Below, one piece after another: positions 29,263 to 38,801 of a DNA stretch of 64,000 bases (within the stretch, counting starts at the first letter, position 1; every line of letters starts with the position of its first letter). The translations under genes were made by a program, and so were the position numbers. The stretch comes from a virus (lineage: Duplodnaviria > Caudoviricetes). The notes under the pieces are model-generated. The model saw nothing but the letters and a program-made list of their open reading frames with translations, was not told where the DNA came from and ran no database searches. Location: positions 25,508 through 89,507 of the IMG/VR virus record IMGVR_UViG_3300037067_007554. The stretch is one strand, 5' to 3'.

Positions 29263-30198
29263 TTATGCTTCGATTCTTCCGATGATGCAAAACGTCACGC
29301 CATTGGCCGGGGCAGAAGTGAGGGCGGGGGTGACGGTGATGGTCTTGGTGGCTTGGTCATAGTTCGAGATGCGGCGTGCCTGCCCTGTCAGAACCCCACT
29401 CGTGAACACCAGGACACTGCCGCTGTAGAAGTCGTCCACTGCTGATGCCAAGTCGGTGATGAACGCCGTCGTGCTTGCTCCGGCATCGTTGACCGTGCCG
29501 GTTATCAGGGCGTCGGGGATGCGAGTTAGAAGCTCCGTCGTGCCCGCCGTGTCGTCACCCGCGTAGGTGCTCGTACCGACGCTCGCCGGAAATGTCGTGC
29601 CACCGGCATCCACGGTCACGCCCTTCGTCTTGATCGTCTCCACGTCCACCTTCTGTGTCGTCGGCACACCTACCAAGTGATCCGCGTCTACGGCCAACGT
29701 GTTGGCCGGCGTGGCGGACCGGACCAGCTTGGCGTTGCCATAGTCGGCGTGCGCCACCACAGCGTAGGAATCGCCGGTCTGGTCCGTGCTCGCCGTGTAG
29801 GGATCTTTGTCCACCAGCGGGATCACGAAGTCGGTCTCGGCGGCCCCGGCTGCCCCGCTGATGCTCACCAACAGGCTCTTGGCCCCGGAGACGGCGAACC
29901 GGGCATCAGCAAGCTGGAGTTCGTAGATGCCCTTCATGTTCGTGCTGTCCACTTCCTTGAAGCGGCAGCAGGAGGCCGACGGCGCGGCGTAGGTGCCGAG
30001 CGTGCTGATGTCCTCGATGTGGGTGGCGGCCGATGTGTAGACGGTGGCCGATGCCTCGTTGTCGGCCTTGGTTGCAATGACCAGCCCCGACGTGTTGTAG
30101 GCGAGCCCAGTCTTGCCTGCCCCTGTAGCGACTGACGAATCGAGAATCTTCAGGAGTATGATGACAGAGGTTTGGCCGCGTTTGTAGCTTAGGAGCAT
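29263..30198 (-). CDS. Putative virion structural protein
   Basis: DSS..TG.GKTGL.YNTSGL...F.EVDS.NM.GIYE; T/A/G-rich; C-terminal G...F.SG.L.GQ.R.I. Confidence 0.6.
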   Translation of the reverse strand: MLLSYKRGQTSVIILLKILDSSVATGAGKTGLAYNTSGLVIATKADNEASATVYTSAATHIEDISTLGTYAAPSASCCRFKEVDSTNMKGIYELQLADARFAVSGAKSLLVSISGAAGAAETDFVIPLVDKDPYTASTDQTGDSYAVVAHADYGNAKLVRSATPANTLAVDADHLVGVPTTQKVDVETIKTKGVTVDAGGTTFPASVGTSTYAGDDTAGTTELLTRIPDALITGTVNDAGASTTAFITDLASAVDDFYSGSVLVFTSGVLTGQARRISNYDQATKTITVTPALTSAPANGVTFCIIGRIEA

Positions 30199-30488
30199 GG
30201 TTTGCCCTTGTCTGGCGAGTCGGGATTGTTGTGAATGCCCTCGCCGATTATGCAGTGCAGCGATTGGTCGCAGTACGGACACCAGCCAGTGCCAGTCCGC
30301 TTGAACACCACGTCATCGACCTGCGTGACCGGCAAACTAACTGTCTGTCCCGAGCATTCAAATGTGAGCATGGAGATCGCGCCCGGGCACGAGGTCTGCT
30401 CGCCATCAGAAACGCCAAGCGTTACCGAAAGGTGATTCGCGTCGTACAGTCTGTTACGCGACTTGACCGTAAAACTTGCTCGCTGCAT
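30189..30488 (-). CDS. Hypothetical protein
   Basis: ORF tiling within the operon. Confidence 0.55.
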   Translation of the reverse strand: MQRASFTVKSRNRLYDANHLSVTLGVSDGEQTSCPGAISMLTFECSGQTVSLPVTQVDDVVFKRTGTGWCPYCDQSLHCIIGEGIHNNPDSPDKGKPCS

Positions 30489-30491
30489 CGC

Positions 30492-31610
30492 TTATCCTCC
30501 GATTCCCATGCCGATCATGCCGCCCTGCATCAGCCGGCGGGTGTAGTGCGGAAACGGGCCGCCAACCGAAGGCGTCTCTTCTCCGCCCCAGGTCTGGGCG
30601 TTGTCGGCGTCGGCGATGTTGCTGTGCTCATATGCCAACCAGGCAGCAGAGCGGCCCGTTGCCGAAACTCGCACCTCGTCCATTCCGCCGTACCACAGCC
30701 GCGTGTCGGAATCGACGAATTTGCCGATTCGATATGGCCTGGCACTGACGGCAAACAGGTTGCCAATGCCTTCCTTCGCCGCCGACTGGGCAACGCCATC
30801 CCAGTACAAATCGCACGTTCCACCGTTGATCCAGACGGCAGCTATGTGGTGCCACTCGTCGGCGTTGAACGCGATGGCCTTACTAAGCGATCCGGCTGTT
30901 TCTGCGGTATTGTTTGAAAAGTCGAAGTAGCACTTGCCGAGCGAACCCTCATAACGCAAATAGACTCGGGGGTAATACGCCGTCGTAGACCCGTGGAGCA
31001 AAATGCTCATCACGTAAGAGGTCGTGCTGGCCACGGCCGGCTTGATCCACGCCTCGATGGTGACCGCACCAGCCGTCGCGTAGTCTCGCGTTACGTTGCC
31101 CGTGTAGATAAAATCGTCGCTGTGGTCGAAATTGGCTCCGCCGCCGACCTTGCCGGCAATTGCCGTCGCACCGCTCACCGTGCCGTCGTAGCCGTGATTC
31201 GTGGAATCAAGGGCCGAAAGCGTGCTGCCGTCCGGCAGGTGATACACGCCGTCGAAGTAACTGTCCCACGCGTTCGTCGGGTCGTCCTGGTCGCTTCCGG
31301 GGTCGTAGCCGTAGCAAACCTGGACCGTGTTCTGGTCGCCGGTGGGGCTGGCGTAGGCGTCGGGCAGTTTCACCCAAATCAGGGCATTGGCGTAGCTCGC
31401 ACCCTCTGTGTACGACTCCTGCTCATAGGACAGCAGGTTGCCGAGCCAGTCGTAGATTCTGTACCGCTTGCTCGCCATGTCGGCGTTGGCAATGGCCTTC
31501 GCATCGTTCAGCACCAACAAGAACGGGAAGTCCGCGACATTCGCAGTGGGACTGTCCACCACGATGTTCTGCCACTTCGGGTACAGTACGTCTTGCTGGG
31601 CTACGGTCAC
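30492..31610 (-). CDS. DUF2341 plus LamG/concanavalin-A-like domain protein (tail fibre or adhesin)
   Basis: DFPFLL..LSYEQE..IWVK..YG; TIEAWIK..WHHIAAV..LY.DG..G.MDEVRVS..RSAAW. Confidence 0.8.
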   Translation of the reverse strand: MTVAQQDVLYPKWQNIVVDSPTANVADFPFLLVLNDAKAIANADMASKRYRIYDWLGNLLSYEQESYTEGASYANALIWVKLPDAYASPTGDQNTVQVCYGYDPGSDQDDPTNAWDSYFDGVYHLPDGSTLSALDSTNHGYDGTVSGATAIAGKVGGGANFDHSDDFIYTGNVTRDYATAGAVTIEAWIKPAVASTTSYVMSILLHGSTTAYYPRVYLRYEGSLGKCYFDFSNNTAETAGSLSKAIAFNADEWHHIAAVWINGGTCDLYWDGVAQSAAKEGIGNLFAVSARPYRIGKFVDSDTRLWYGGMDEVRVSATGRSAAWLAYEHSNIADADNAQTWGGEETPSVGGPFPHYTRRLMQGGMIGMGIGG

Positions 31611-31614
31611 GCGA

Positions 31615-31959
31615 TTACCCCAACTCTGCGATCTTCGCCACCACGGCGGCGGCCCCGAACTTTTCGACCGCCGCGAAACACGCCAGCCCCGCGTCGGCCA
31701 TCGCCTTGACGGGGGTGGCGTCGGCCAGCATCAGGCCCAACTCTTCCTTTGCGGCCTTCCACGCGGCCGAATCGGGACTGGCCGCAAGCCCCGCGTCGAT
31801 GGCCTCGACCACTTCGGCATAGGTCGCGGCCATGGCCCCAACGCGGTTGCTCGACTGCTTGAGCGTCTTCGCCACGCTGTCCAGTTCCTGCCGGCTGCGG
31901 TCAACGTCCTGTGCCGGGTTGCCCAGCCGAGCCTTCACCTGTGAAAACAACATAGCCAT
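31615..31959 (-). CDS. Ala-rich helical hypothetical protein
   Basis: AAGGAG SD; ORF. Confidence 0.65.
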   Translation of the reverse strand: MAMLFSQVKARLGNPAQDVDRSRQELDSVAKTLKQSSNRVGAMAATYAEVVEAIDAGLAASPDSAAWKAAKEELGLMLADATPVKAMADAGLACFAAVEKFGAAAVVAKIAELG

Positions 31960-31985
31960 CGCTTCTCCTTTGCGGCCTCGCCGCG

Positions 31986-32480
31986 TCAAATAGTTTCAGT
32001 CACCAGGGCCCGGGTTGCATCCAACTGGGCCATGAACTCCTTCGTGTGCGTCTCCCAGTAGCCTCGCATCCAGCGGTCCCGGCTCTTGCTGATCTGCTCA
32101 TAGTTGTCGCCGAGCGGCGTACCGTCGGCACTCCGCTCCACGATGTGCGGGCAAACGCCATCATCCAGCCCGGCAAGGTAGGCCTCGCGCCCGGCCTGAT
32201 ACTCCGGGGTCAAGGTCAACTCGGTGTGGGTGGCATCGGTTGGGGTCACTGGCTCTGAACGGCGGAATGGACTTCTCATTCTCGGGGTCTCCTTGACATC
32301 TTCGCGAATCTTCTGGCTCAACACGGCGGCATCGTACCAGGTGAAACTCAGTTTCGGGTTCGACGCGAATCGCCCCAGGACTCTCAGCGTCTCCGCGCGA
32401 CTGGAGTCGTCGTAGAGAAACACGTAGCGCTCCATCCCCTTGACGAGTGCCAGCACGTTGATCTCGGCGGAAGCGGCCAC
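31986..32480 (-). CDS. Fusion: Planctomycete-type INVLALVKG..YDAAVLSQKIR domain plus Rmf/CrpP-like domain
   Basis: N-terminal conserved motif; C-terminal YQAGREAYLAG....CP....RDRWMRGY. Confidence 0.55.
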   Translation of the reverse strand: MAASAEINVLALVKGMERYVFLYDDSSRAETLRVLGRFASNPKLSFTWYDAAVLSQKIREDVKETPRMRSPFRRSEPVTPTDATHTELTLTPEYQAGREAYLAGLDDGVCPHIVERSADGTPLGDNYEQISKSRDRWMRGYWETHTKEFMAQLDATRALVTETI

Positions 32481-32481
32481 A

Positions 32482-32787
32482 CTACCCTCCGTGCAGCATG
32501 GACCAGGCCAGAGTCCCGACGACTGTTATCACACCACCGACAATGGCCGACACGACCGCCTTGAACAGCGACCACCCGCCCTTGCGGACTTCCTGTACCA
32601 CGCTATCACGAGTCTCCAACCGCTCGATCCGTGTGACCAGGCCAGGCTGCCCATTGCCGTAGAGAGTCCGGTGGTGCTCGACTTGCTGGGCACGGCAAGC
32701 GTCGTGTTTCGTCATCTCGACCGTCAGAATCTCGATTGCTCGGTCCTGCTTTTCCTCGATTCGCTCAAGGCGTTCGTCCGTCGTCAT
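32482..32787 (-). CDS. Coiled coil plus C-terminal TM protein, holin-like or lysis accessory
   Basis: LYGNGQPGLVTRIERLE followed by a hydrophobic helix. Confidence 0.55.
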   Translation of the reverse strand: MTTDERLERIEEKQDRAIEILTVEMTKHDACRAQQVEHHRTLYGNGQPGLVTRIERLETRDSVVQEVRKGGWSLFKAVVSAIVGGVITVVGTLAWSMLHGG

Positions 32788-32872
32788 CGCTTACCTCATG
32801 CTCGCGTTGATGTTCAACAGCCCGGGGCGGAGGGAAGTCGTCGAAGCCCCGCCCCGGGCGCCGCGTCTACGT

Positions 32873-33064
32873 TCACGTCTTGGCAGCCGGCTTCGGATCG
32901 CCATTCTCCAACCATGCCTCGACCGCGGCTACCGTCGCCTTTGCTTCCGCCAACGCAGTGTCGATGGACTTCTTCGTGTCCGCGCTTGCGGCGTCAAACG
33001 CACGCTCTCGCAACTTCTTCGCGTCCATGTTGGCCGCCTCCAAAAGGATTCGCAGGGTTCGCAA
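32873..33064 (-). CDS. Hypothetical helical protein
   Basis: ORF. Confidence 0.5.
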   Translation of the reverse strand: MRTLRILLEAANMDAKKLRERAFDAASADTKKSIDTALAEAKATVAAVEAWLENGDPKPAAKT

Positions 33065-33076
33065 TAGGTCGGGCAG

Positions 33077-33511
33077 TCAAACAGGCAAGGCCGTCTTTGC
33101 CGCAGCCCCGGCCGCGATGCCAATGAGTTTCGCACCCTCTTCCATGTACGGCTTCAGCGCGTTGAAGACCTCAAGCCGCCGGTCAGGGTCCAGCACGGCC
33201 TTGCCCAACTGCACCCTGAAGGGCTTGCGGAGCACGTCGAGGCGAGTCTCCTTGTCGATGAGGCGGTCTTGCAGGGCTTTCAAGCCATTCCAAGCACCAG
33301 AAATATCGCCAATGGAGTACGCCTGCAACGGCTTGGCAGATTCGACGTAACCTTCCTCGACGAGCACGACCGCCAGGTCGGCGGCTCGGTTTCGCCTGGC
33401 TTCCACCTTGTCGTCAACTCGCCAGAACATCTTGACGAGCCCGACAACCACGATGATCGAAAGCACGATGACGGCAATCTGATAACCGTCCATTCCGAGA
33501 AACGCAAACAT
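33077..33511 (-). CDS. N-terminal TM membrane protein
   Basis: IAVIVLSIIVVVGLV; GAGGAG SD. Confidence 0.7.
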   Translation of the reverse strand: MFAFLGMDGYQIAVIVLSIIVVVGLVKMFWRVDDKVEARRNRAADLAVVLVEEGYVESAKPLQAYSIGDISGAWNGLKALQDRLIDKETRLDVLRKPFRVQLGKAVLDPDRRLEVFNALKPYMEEGAKLIGIAAGAAAKTALPV

Positions 33512-33544
33512 GGGTATCTCCTCATGAGTCGATGGGGTAATTGG

Positions 33545-34192
33545 TCAGGTACGGTTCTTCCAGCCGATCACCGCCGCAACGGCGCCGGCCGCAACGCAGA
33601 GCAGTCCGAGTAGAATCCAGAAGTCTTGCTCGGGCGCCTCTTCCTCTTCCGGCTCCGCGGGTTGCGACACGACGTTGACCGGGATCGTGACCCCGGGCGG
33701 CGTGACCACGGGCATCGGCTTCGGCTGGGGCAGCGGCTGGGGCTTTTTCCCGTGCCGCTCCAGGTAACGCTCGGCACGGTCAACCTTGCGCTCCACCACC
33801 GCGGCGCGCCACCTCTTGAAGAATCCCTTGATGGCCGTAGGAGAATGCGGGGTTGTCGGACCAGCGGCTATTGCGCAGAGCCGCCCGTCCTCGGCTACCT
33901 GGTAGATGATGGCCGGCACGTAAGGCACGCTCGGAGCCAGGTTCTCTTTGTACACCGGATCGGTCTCGGTGTAGATGTTGAAATTGGCCTGGCCGGCCAT
34001 GGCGGCGAGCGTCGGGTCCGCCTGAAACGCTGCAATCATCTCCTGCTCCTCAGCCGTGGCAGGATCGTGCGTGACCAGCGTCAGAAACGGCTTCCCGCCA
34101 TCCTGTGGCAGTTCCTTGACCCACGCCTCCGGCTCGGCGAACGCCGGGCAACACAACATCAGCAGCACACAGAACGCGATGAGAGGTCTCAT
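33545..34192 (-). CDS. Signal peptide, thioredoxin-like fold (no CxxC), Pro-rich linker and C-terminal TM anchor
   Basis: PAFA/EP cleavage site; LPQDGGKPFLTLV; FWILLGLLCVAAGAVAAVIGW. Confidence 0.6.
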   Translation of the reverse strand: MRPLIAFCVLLMLCCPAFAEPEAWVKELPQDGGKPFLTLVTHDPATAEEQEMIAAFQADPTLAAMAGQANFNIYTETDPVYKENLAPSVPYVPAIIYQVAEDGRLCAIAAGPTTPHSPTAIKGFFKRWRAAVVERKVDRAERYLERHGKKPQPLPQPKPMPVVTPPGVTIPVNVVSQPAEPEEEEAPEQDFWILLGLLCVAAGAVAAVIGWKNRT

Positions 34193-34217
34193 GTCCTCCT
34201 CCTTTGAAAAAGGGTTG

Positions 34218-34784
34218 TTACCAAGGTCTCGGCGGTAGCGGCGTACCGATGATGGCAAGAGCAACACCGCCGTCCGCGTCTTTCCACTCGTTAAGAAACT
34301 CGGCCTTCGGCATCCGACGAACGCGGCTCGTGTTGTTGTTGTCGATCAGACAGGCTTGTCCTCCGGCGTACCCGCAGAACGTAATCGCATGGGCCCCGCC
34401 TTGCCAATGGATCACTGCCGGCCGTCGCGTCCGAGAGCACCACTCTAGCACAGACTCTTCTCCCTTGAACGTGGCGACGTAGGGAATGCCAGCCCGATCT
34501 AACTCGGGCATCAGGTTCCAGGCGTTCGCCCCGCCAATGTGGTTCTGCGTCCACCATCGGGCAAGTTGTCTCTGCCCGGCCCCGGTCAGTGCGTCGGCCG
34601 TCGCGGCATGGAGGCACGATCCGCCGCGTCCGTAGTTGTCCGTCCGCAAGGCTGTGGGCAGCATGACGGGCGGGTTGTCCACAAACGGGTTCGGCCGCGC
34701 GGGGTCCAATGGTGGTTTGTACGGCTTCGCGTGGTGGCAGCCGGCGAAGACAACGAGAATGACCACAACGACGAATCGTTTCAT
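34218..34784 (-). CDS. Lipoprotein with papain-like (C39-like) cysteine peptidase domain
   Basis: Lipobox VFAG-C; GSC..A, AHAITF, LIDNN give a Cys/His/Asp-Asn triad pattern. Confidence 0.65.
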   Translation of the reverse strand: MKRFVVVVILVVFAGCHHAKPYKPPLDPARPNPFVDNPPVMLPTALRTDNYGRGGSCLHAATADALTGAGQRQLARWWTQNHIGGANAWNLMPELDRAGIPYVATFKGEESVLEWCSRTRRPAVIHWQGGAHAITFCGYAGGQACLIDNNNTSRVRRMPKAEFLNEWKDADGGVALAIIGTPLPPRPW

Positions 34785-36125
34785 GGGGATGCCTCCACTC
34801 TTTCACATGACCGGAATACGACGTTGATTACGGGGCCGTTCCATGGTTTCGACCTGGGCAACCCGGCGGTCAAACCGGCATGCTCCACACCGAGCGGCGG
34901 AATCGAAGTCTCCCCATCATCCGGCCCTTCGTTCAGAACCGAATCCCGAATCCACTTGGCGTAAGCCTCTTCGGTGTCGTATGGGGGAGCGTACTGCGTC
35001 TTTCCATGCCGCCCACATTCCGCGTTCCACTTACGATCAGCGTCGATGTATCCCTGGTGATAGGGCAAGCGTTCAGCGGGAGTAAGGGACGCCCAGCACT
35101 CCTGGCACAACGGGAATCTCCCCGCTGTCTTATGAAATGGTTTCCACCAATAGCTATCGCCGCACCGTTTGCAGGTGGCGTATTCGAGGGCATCTCCACG
35201 GGCGTTGAGGTAGACCTTGCTGGAATTCACGCCCGACGCCTTGCCGACCAGAAACCAGACATAGCAGGCAGAGCCCCAAACGAGCGTCGGAATGCAGACC
35301 GCCACAAGGATAAATCTGAGTAGTTTCATGACCTTTCCTCCCTTGGTCGGCACCTTCCATCCGGGCAACAGCCACCGTCGCAGTCCGGCGTCACGATGGG
35401 CATAGGCTTCCGGTCCGGGGTCTTCGGGCATGGCAACCCAGGGTGGAACCGGGCGCAGATCGGGCAGAGGCTCTCGGCCTGTTGGGCAGGCGGATCGAGC
35501 GTCTTCGCCTTGCGGGCTGGCCGGCAACCGAACACGGCAAACGAGCCCACCAGTTCTAGGACGAAGAGCCAAACGAGCCAAAGTAATGCTTCCCTAAATG
35601 TTTTCATCAGGAAACTCCAAACACCACCAAGTGTACGAGCAAGGCGACAAGTACCTTGGCCACGGACAGCAAGAATTCGGCAAAATCGTCCACAGATTAC
35701 CTCAACACGGGGAGAATCTGTTGTTCACCAGGCTCTCCAACAAGAGGCGAATACTGTGCGACCAATCGCAAAGCATCCACCCCAGAGCGAAGAACAGAAA
35801 CAGGAGCATGACGGTAGCGAGTGAGACCTGTCTGTCTGTCATGGGCTCACCTCACCCGCACTCGGACGCGGCCACGCGGACGGACGACGACGGACGTGCG
35901 ACCGTAAGGGTATGCCGGCGGGGCAGTCCACCATGAACGCCACGGGTACGCCACGATGGGCACAGGCGGGGATGATACAGTGACCGATACCCCCGGCGCC
36001 TGGACGACCAGCGGCGCCGACTGGACGACGTTGCACGCCAGTACGATGATCGCCACCACAAAGAACGTCAGGGCGAACTGCCAAAACGGGAGAGCGGGTG
36101 TGCCTTTCACGACTTTCATTCGCAT
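34781..36125 (-). CDS. Five membrane or secreted small proteins: 34781-35329, 35326-35607, 35607-35693, 35702-35842, 35847-36125
   Basis: Each has an N-terminal hydrophobic segment; coupled start/stop codons. Confidence 0.55.
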
Positions 36126-36135
36126 GACTTCCTCC

Positions 36136-36726
36136 TTACTTCGGATCAGGAATCGGGGTAAACACGTATTCGAGCCCACTCGACCGGGCCAAATCGCCCG
36201 GTTCGGTGGCACGGTCAGCAAGGTTTGGTACCGGGTCAAAACCGCCGACACGCAAGGCCCACGACACGGCATCGCTACAGAATCTCCACCGATGCTTGCC
36301 GTTGGCTTGATCGTTCATACTGGTCGGAAAAAACAAACGCAGAAACGGCGTGTGCCGCAAGGTGACACCGATGAGCGACCACCAACCATACGGCGTACCA
36401 GTAAGCCTACGCATCGCCTGGACGGCTTTCGCGGCGTCGAACGGCTTCGGCCCGGGGACCACGCGATAGACATCCCAGCGGCCCCAGGAACGTTCCACCT
36501 GCTCCTTGAAGCACGTCGCCCGCCCGCCCGTGGTCTGGAGTTGCTCCAAGCACATCACATCCTCACCCCATCGGGCGGCCATGGCGCCGTGGGAATAGCG
36601 GGTACGTCCCACCATGGCGATGATGATGCTCGCCGGCCGCAACCAGGGCCGATAGAGGAGCACGCTGGCATCCTCGATCCGGTCGGCGGCTTCGGAATAT
36701 GGGATCTTTTTGAACGCGGTGACCAT
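36136..36726 (-). CDS. Permuted papain-like amidase (YiiX/YebB-like NlpC/P60)
   Basis: YSHGAM (His) precedes G.PYG..FCSDAV (Cys), the permuted order. Confidence 0.75.
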   Translation of the reverse strand: MVTAFKKIPYSEAADRIEDASVLLYRPWLRPASIIIAMVGRTRYSHGAMAARWGEDVMCLEQLQTTGGRATCFKEQVERSWGRWDVYRVVPGPKPFDAAKAVQAMRRLTGTPYGWWSLIGVTLRHTPFLRLFFPTSMNDQANGKHRWRFCSDAVSWALRVGGFDPVPNLADRATEPGDLARSSGLEYVFTPIPDPK

Positions 36727-36787
36727 GTTCCCAAGCACAACATTTTCGCAGAGCAATTGCAAGGCCCGAAATTAGGCCACGTACCCC

Positions 36788-37063
36788 CTAGTCGGGTAAG
36801 CCGTAGTGACGGCGGTATTCTCGCGCCTGGCACACCACGCATTGGCACCCCTCGGGGCAATCATCCCTGTGTTGCGTCGTAGCCTGCGGTTCCGTTGGAC
36901 GGTCATCGGGACGAGCCCGGAGATGCCGAGCCCGTACCACGGTGGCTACCGTGCCGCGAGAGACTCCGACGGCCACGGAGATGAGGCGAGTGCAAAGGCC
37001 CTGGTCGTGAAGCTCAAGAATCCGGAGTTCTTTTACGACGGGTATCAATTGGGCGTCCTCCAT
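36788..37063 (-). CDS. HTH plus Cys-cluster protein
   Basis: RLISVAVGVSRGTV; CPEGCQCVVC. Confidence 0.55.
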   Translation of the reverse strand: MEDAQLIPVVKELRILELHDQGLCTRLISVAVGVSRGTVATVVRARHLRARPDDRPTEPQATTQHRDDCPEGCQCVVCQAREYRRHYGLPD

Positions 37064-37280
37064 GCTTTTTGCGGCCGAACATCTCGGGCTTGGTTGGGAG
37101 TCGGTCTTCGTCCTTCAGAGTTGAATCATGCTCATGCCATAGTTCCATACCTGCCGCTAGCCGTTCGCGGAGCAACTCGATTTTGGCGGTAGTGCCCGGC
37201 CGGGCGTCGGTCGGCTCTGAGACTGGCCCTGGCTCGTACTCGGGGTCGGCTTCGGGTGGTGACGGAAACCAGCCAGTCAT
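37014..37280 (-). CDS. Planctomycete-type conserved hypothetical protein (PTDARPG..KIE.LR.R...G..LWH..D)
   Basis: Motif recognition. Confidence 0.6.
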   Translation of the reverse strand: MTGWFPSPPEADPEYEPGPVSEPTDARPGTTAKIELLRERLAAGMELWHEHDSTLKDEDRLPTKPEMFGRKKHGGRPIDTRRKRTPDS

Positions 37281-37289
37281 GGTTACTCC

Positions 37290-37610
37290 CTAGTATCCAG
37301 CCTCACGCCATAGGCGTTCATATCGCTCTGCGTCCGACTCGGGCGGCTGGTACGGTTCAAACGCATCGTCATACCAGTCCCAATCGAGCGGGTAGTAATT
37401 CGCTACCTCCAATTCGTCCCGTTCGTCGCGGTCGTCAAATTCGCGTTCGTGGTCATCAGCCAAGTCGTAGCAGGACTCCCAGCCGCCCTCCATGTCATCC
37501 CAGTGGTCTTCACGTTCTTCCTGCTCGCGTTTCGCCCGATCCTTTGCCGCAGCTTCGACTTCAGCGAGGTACTCGGCGTACAGGTCAGCGTGTAGTTGGC
37601 CACGGTTCAT
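37290..37610 (-). CDS. Acidic hypothetical protein
   Basis: D/E-rich ORF; AAGGAG SD. Confidence 0.65.
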   Translation of the reverse strand: MNRGQLHADLYAEYLAEVEAAAKDRAKREQEEREDHWDDMEGGWESCYDLADDHEREFDDRDERDELEVANYYPLDWDWYDDAFEPYQPPESDAERYERLWREAGY

Positions 37611-37611
37611 G

Positions 37612-37837
37612 CTACTTCTCCTTCGCTCCCAGCCTCACGGCCTGTGCTCGCTTGGCTGGCGTGAGATCGTAGTGCGGGGTGCCGTTGCGAGACAACTGCC
37701 GCCATGCCGGCTTGAACCCAAGTTGCAGCGGAGGAATCGAGTTCGTCTGGCATGTCGGCCGTGAGATGGCAGACACGGCATGCGCCACACCACATCGTCT
37801 CTGGAATCTTTCGCAGACGATCCACATACACGACCAT
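37612..37837 (-). pseudogene. DUF4031 family gene split by a frameshift
   Basis: VYVD..CHLTAD.PDEL in one frame and LGFKPAW..PHYDLT.AKRA.AV.LGA in another; span is 226 nt. Confidence 0.7.
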
Positions 37838-38151
37838 CAGTCACCGCCTTTCTTCACCGAGAAACTCCGCATGGCCCCTGAGCCTTTAATCACCTTTCCA
37901 AGGCATCGGTCTAAGTCTGCAATCGTCTTGTCAATCACCGGGTTATGGTGTCGATACACCACAATCCACGCAATATTCTTAGCCCACCGCTCGCAGAGCA
38001 CTTCCAAGATACTGAGACAGACCAACCACACGAACAGGAGTATGGCGCAAACCCAAATTGCTATCATGAGATTTTTCCTGTGTCTACATATAATTTCAAA
38101 TCTCGTCCGCTCTCGGCGCGAATGCCGCGCACCTTTCCGAGCCGAATCCAA
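37837..38151 (-). CDS. Membrane-anchored hypothetical protein
   Basis: IAIWVCAILLFVWLVCL. Confidence 0.5.
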   Translation of the reverse strand: MDSARKGARHSRRERTRFEIICRHRKNLMIAIWVCAILLFVWLVCLSILEVLCERWAKNIAWIVVYRHHNPVIDKTIADLDRCLGKVIKGSGAMRSFSVKKGGD

Positions 38152-38753
38152 TGAGCGAGAGACGTTCGGGCGGATCGTTCGTTCGCGTAATGGTGCTTAA
38201 TCGCAGCAATCGCTGCCCTCAAGCCAATCCCTGGAGTCAGTTCAACAATGTCGCGCAGCATCTCGCATGTCCGCTTAAACGGAGACCAGGACGCACCACC
38301 CGGTGAACCCGCTTCACAAAACGTCTTTTGCCTATCATCCAGACACCGGAACACGTATGCCGGAAGTGGACGGCGGTTGATCCTCGGGGCCAATTGTTCG
38401 GAAATCCACCGTCCGTCAACGCTGATACATCCGATGCCATAGTGCTCAAGGATGATCTTTGCCTCGCTACAATAGTCCTTTAGCGGTGCGGCCACGCTTA
38501 CCCAATTCGCAAAACCTAGGCGGTGAACGGCCTGGCGAATCACCCTGAAGTTGAGATACCGCTTGCACTCAACAATGTGAATCCGACGACCAAGAACCGC
38601 CACGATGTCCGCATTGAGCCCCTCAACTTCCTGATAGACCTCCCACCCCATATCGCGGAACCATTCGACCACGGGACGCGCAACATCCGTTTCTTTCGTT
38701 GGTCGCAGGCGGTACTTGCTCAGGCCATAGTGGGATGGTTTCTTTCGTGTCAT
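38064..38753 (-). CDS. PD-(D/E)XK restriction-endonuclease-like protein
   Basis: E.D..W.VYQEV..ADIVA..IVECK. Confidence 0.7.
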   Translation of the reverse strand: MTRKKPSHYGLSKYRLRPTKETDVARPVVEWFRDMGWEVYQEVEGLNADIVAVLGRRIHIVECKRYLNFRVIRQAVHRLGFANWVSVAAPLKDYCSEAKIILEHYGIGCISVDGRWISEQLAPRINRRPLPAYVFRCLDDRQKTFCEAGSPGGASWSPFKRTCEMLRDIVELTPGIGLRAAIAAIKHHYANERSARTSLAHWIRLGKVRGIRAESGRDLKLYVDTGKIS

Positions 38754-38801
38754 GTCGCTTCCTTTCTGGGCAACCGCATGGCTAGTTCGGGGCCGGTCGG
38801 T

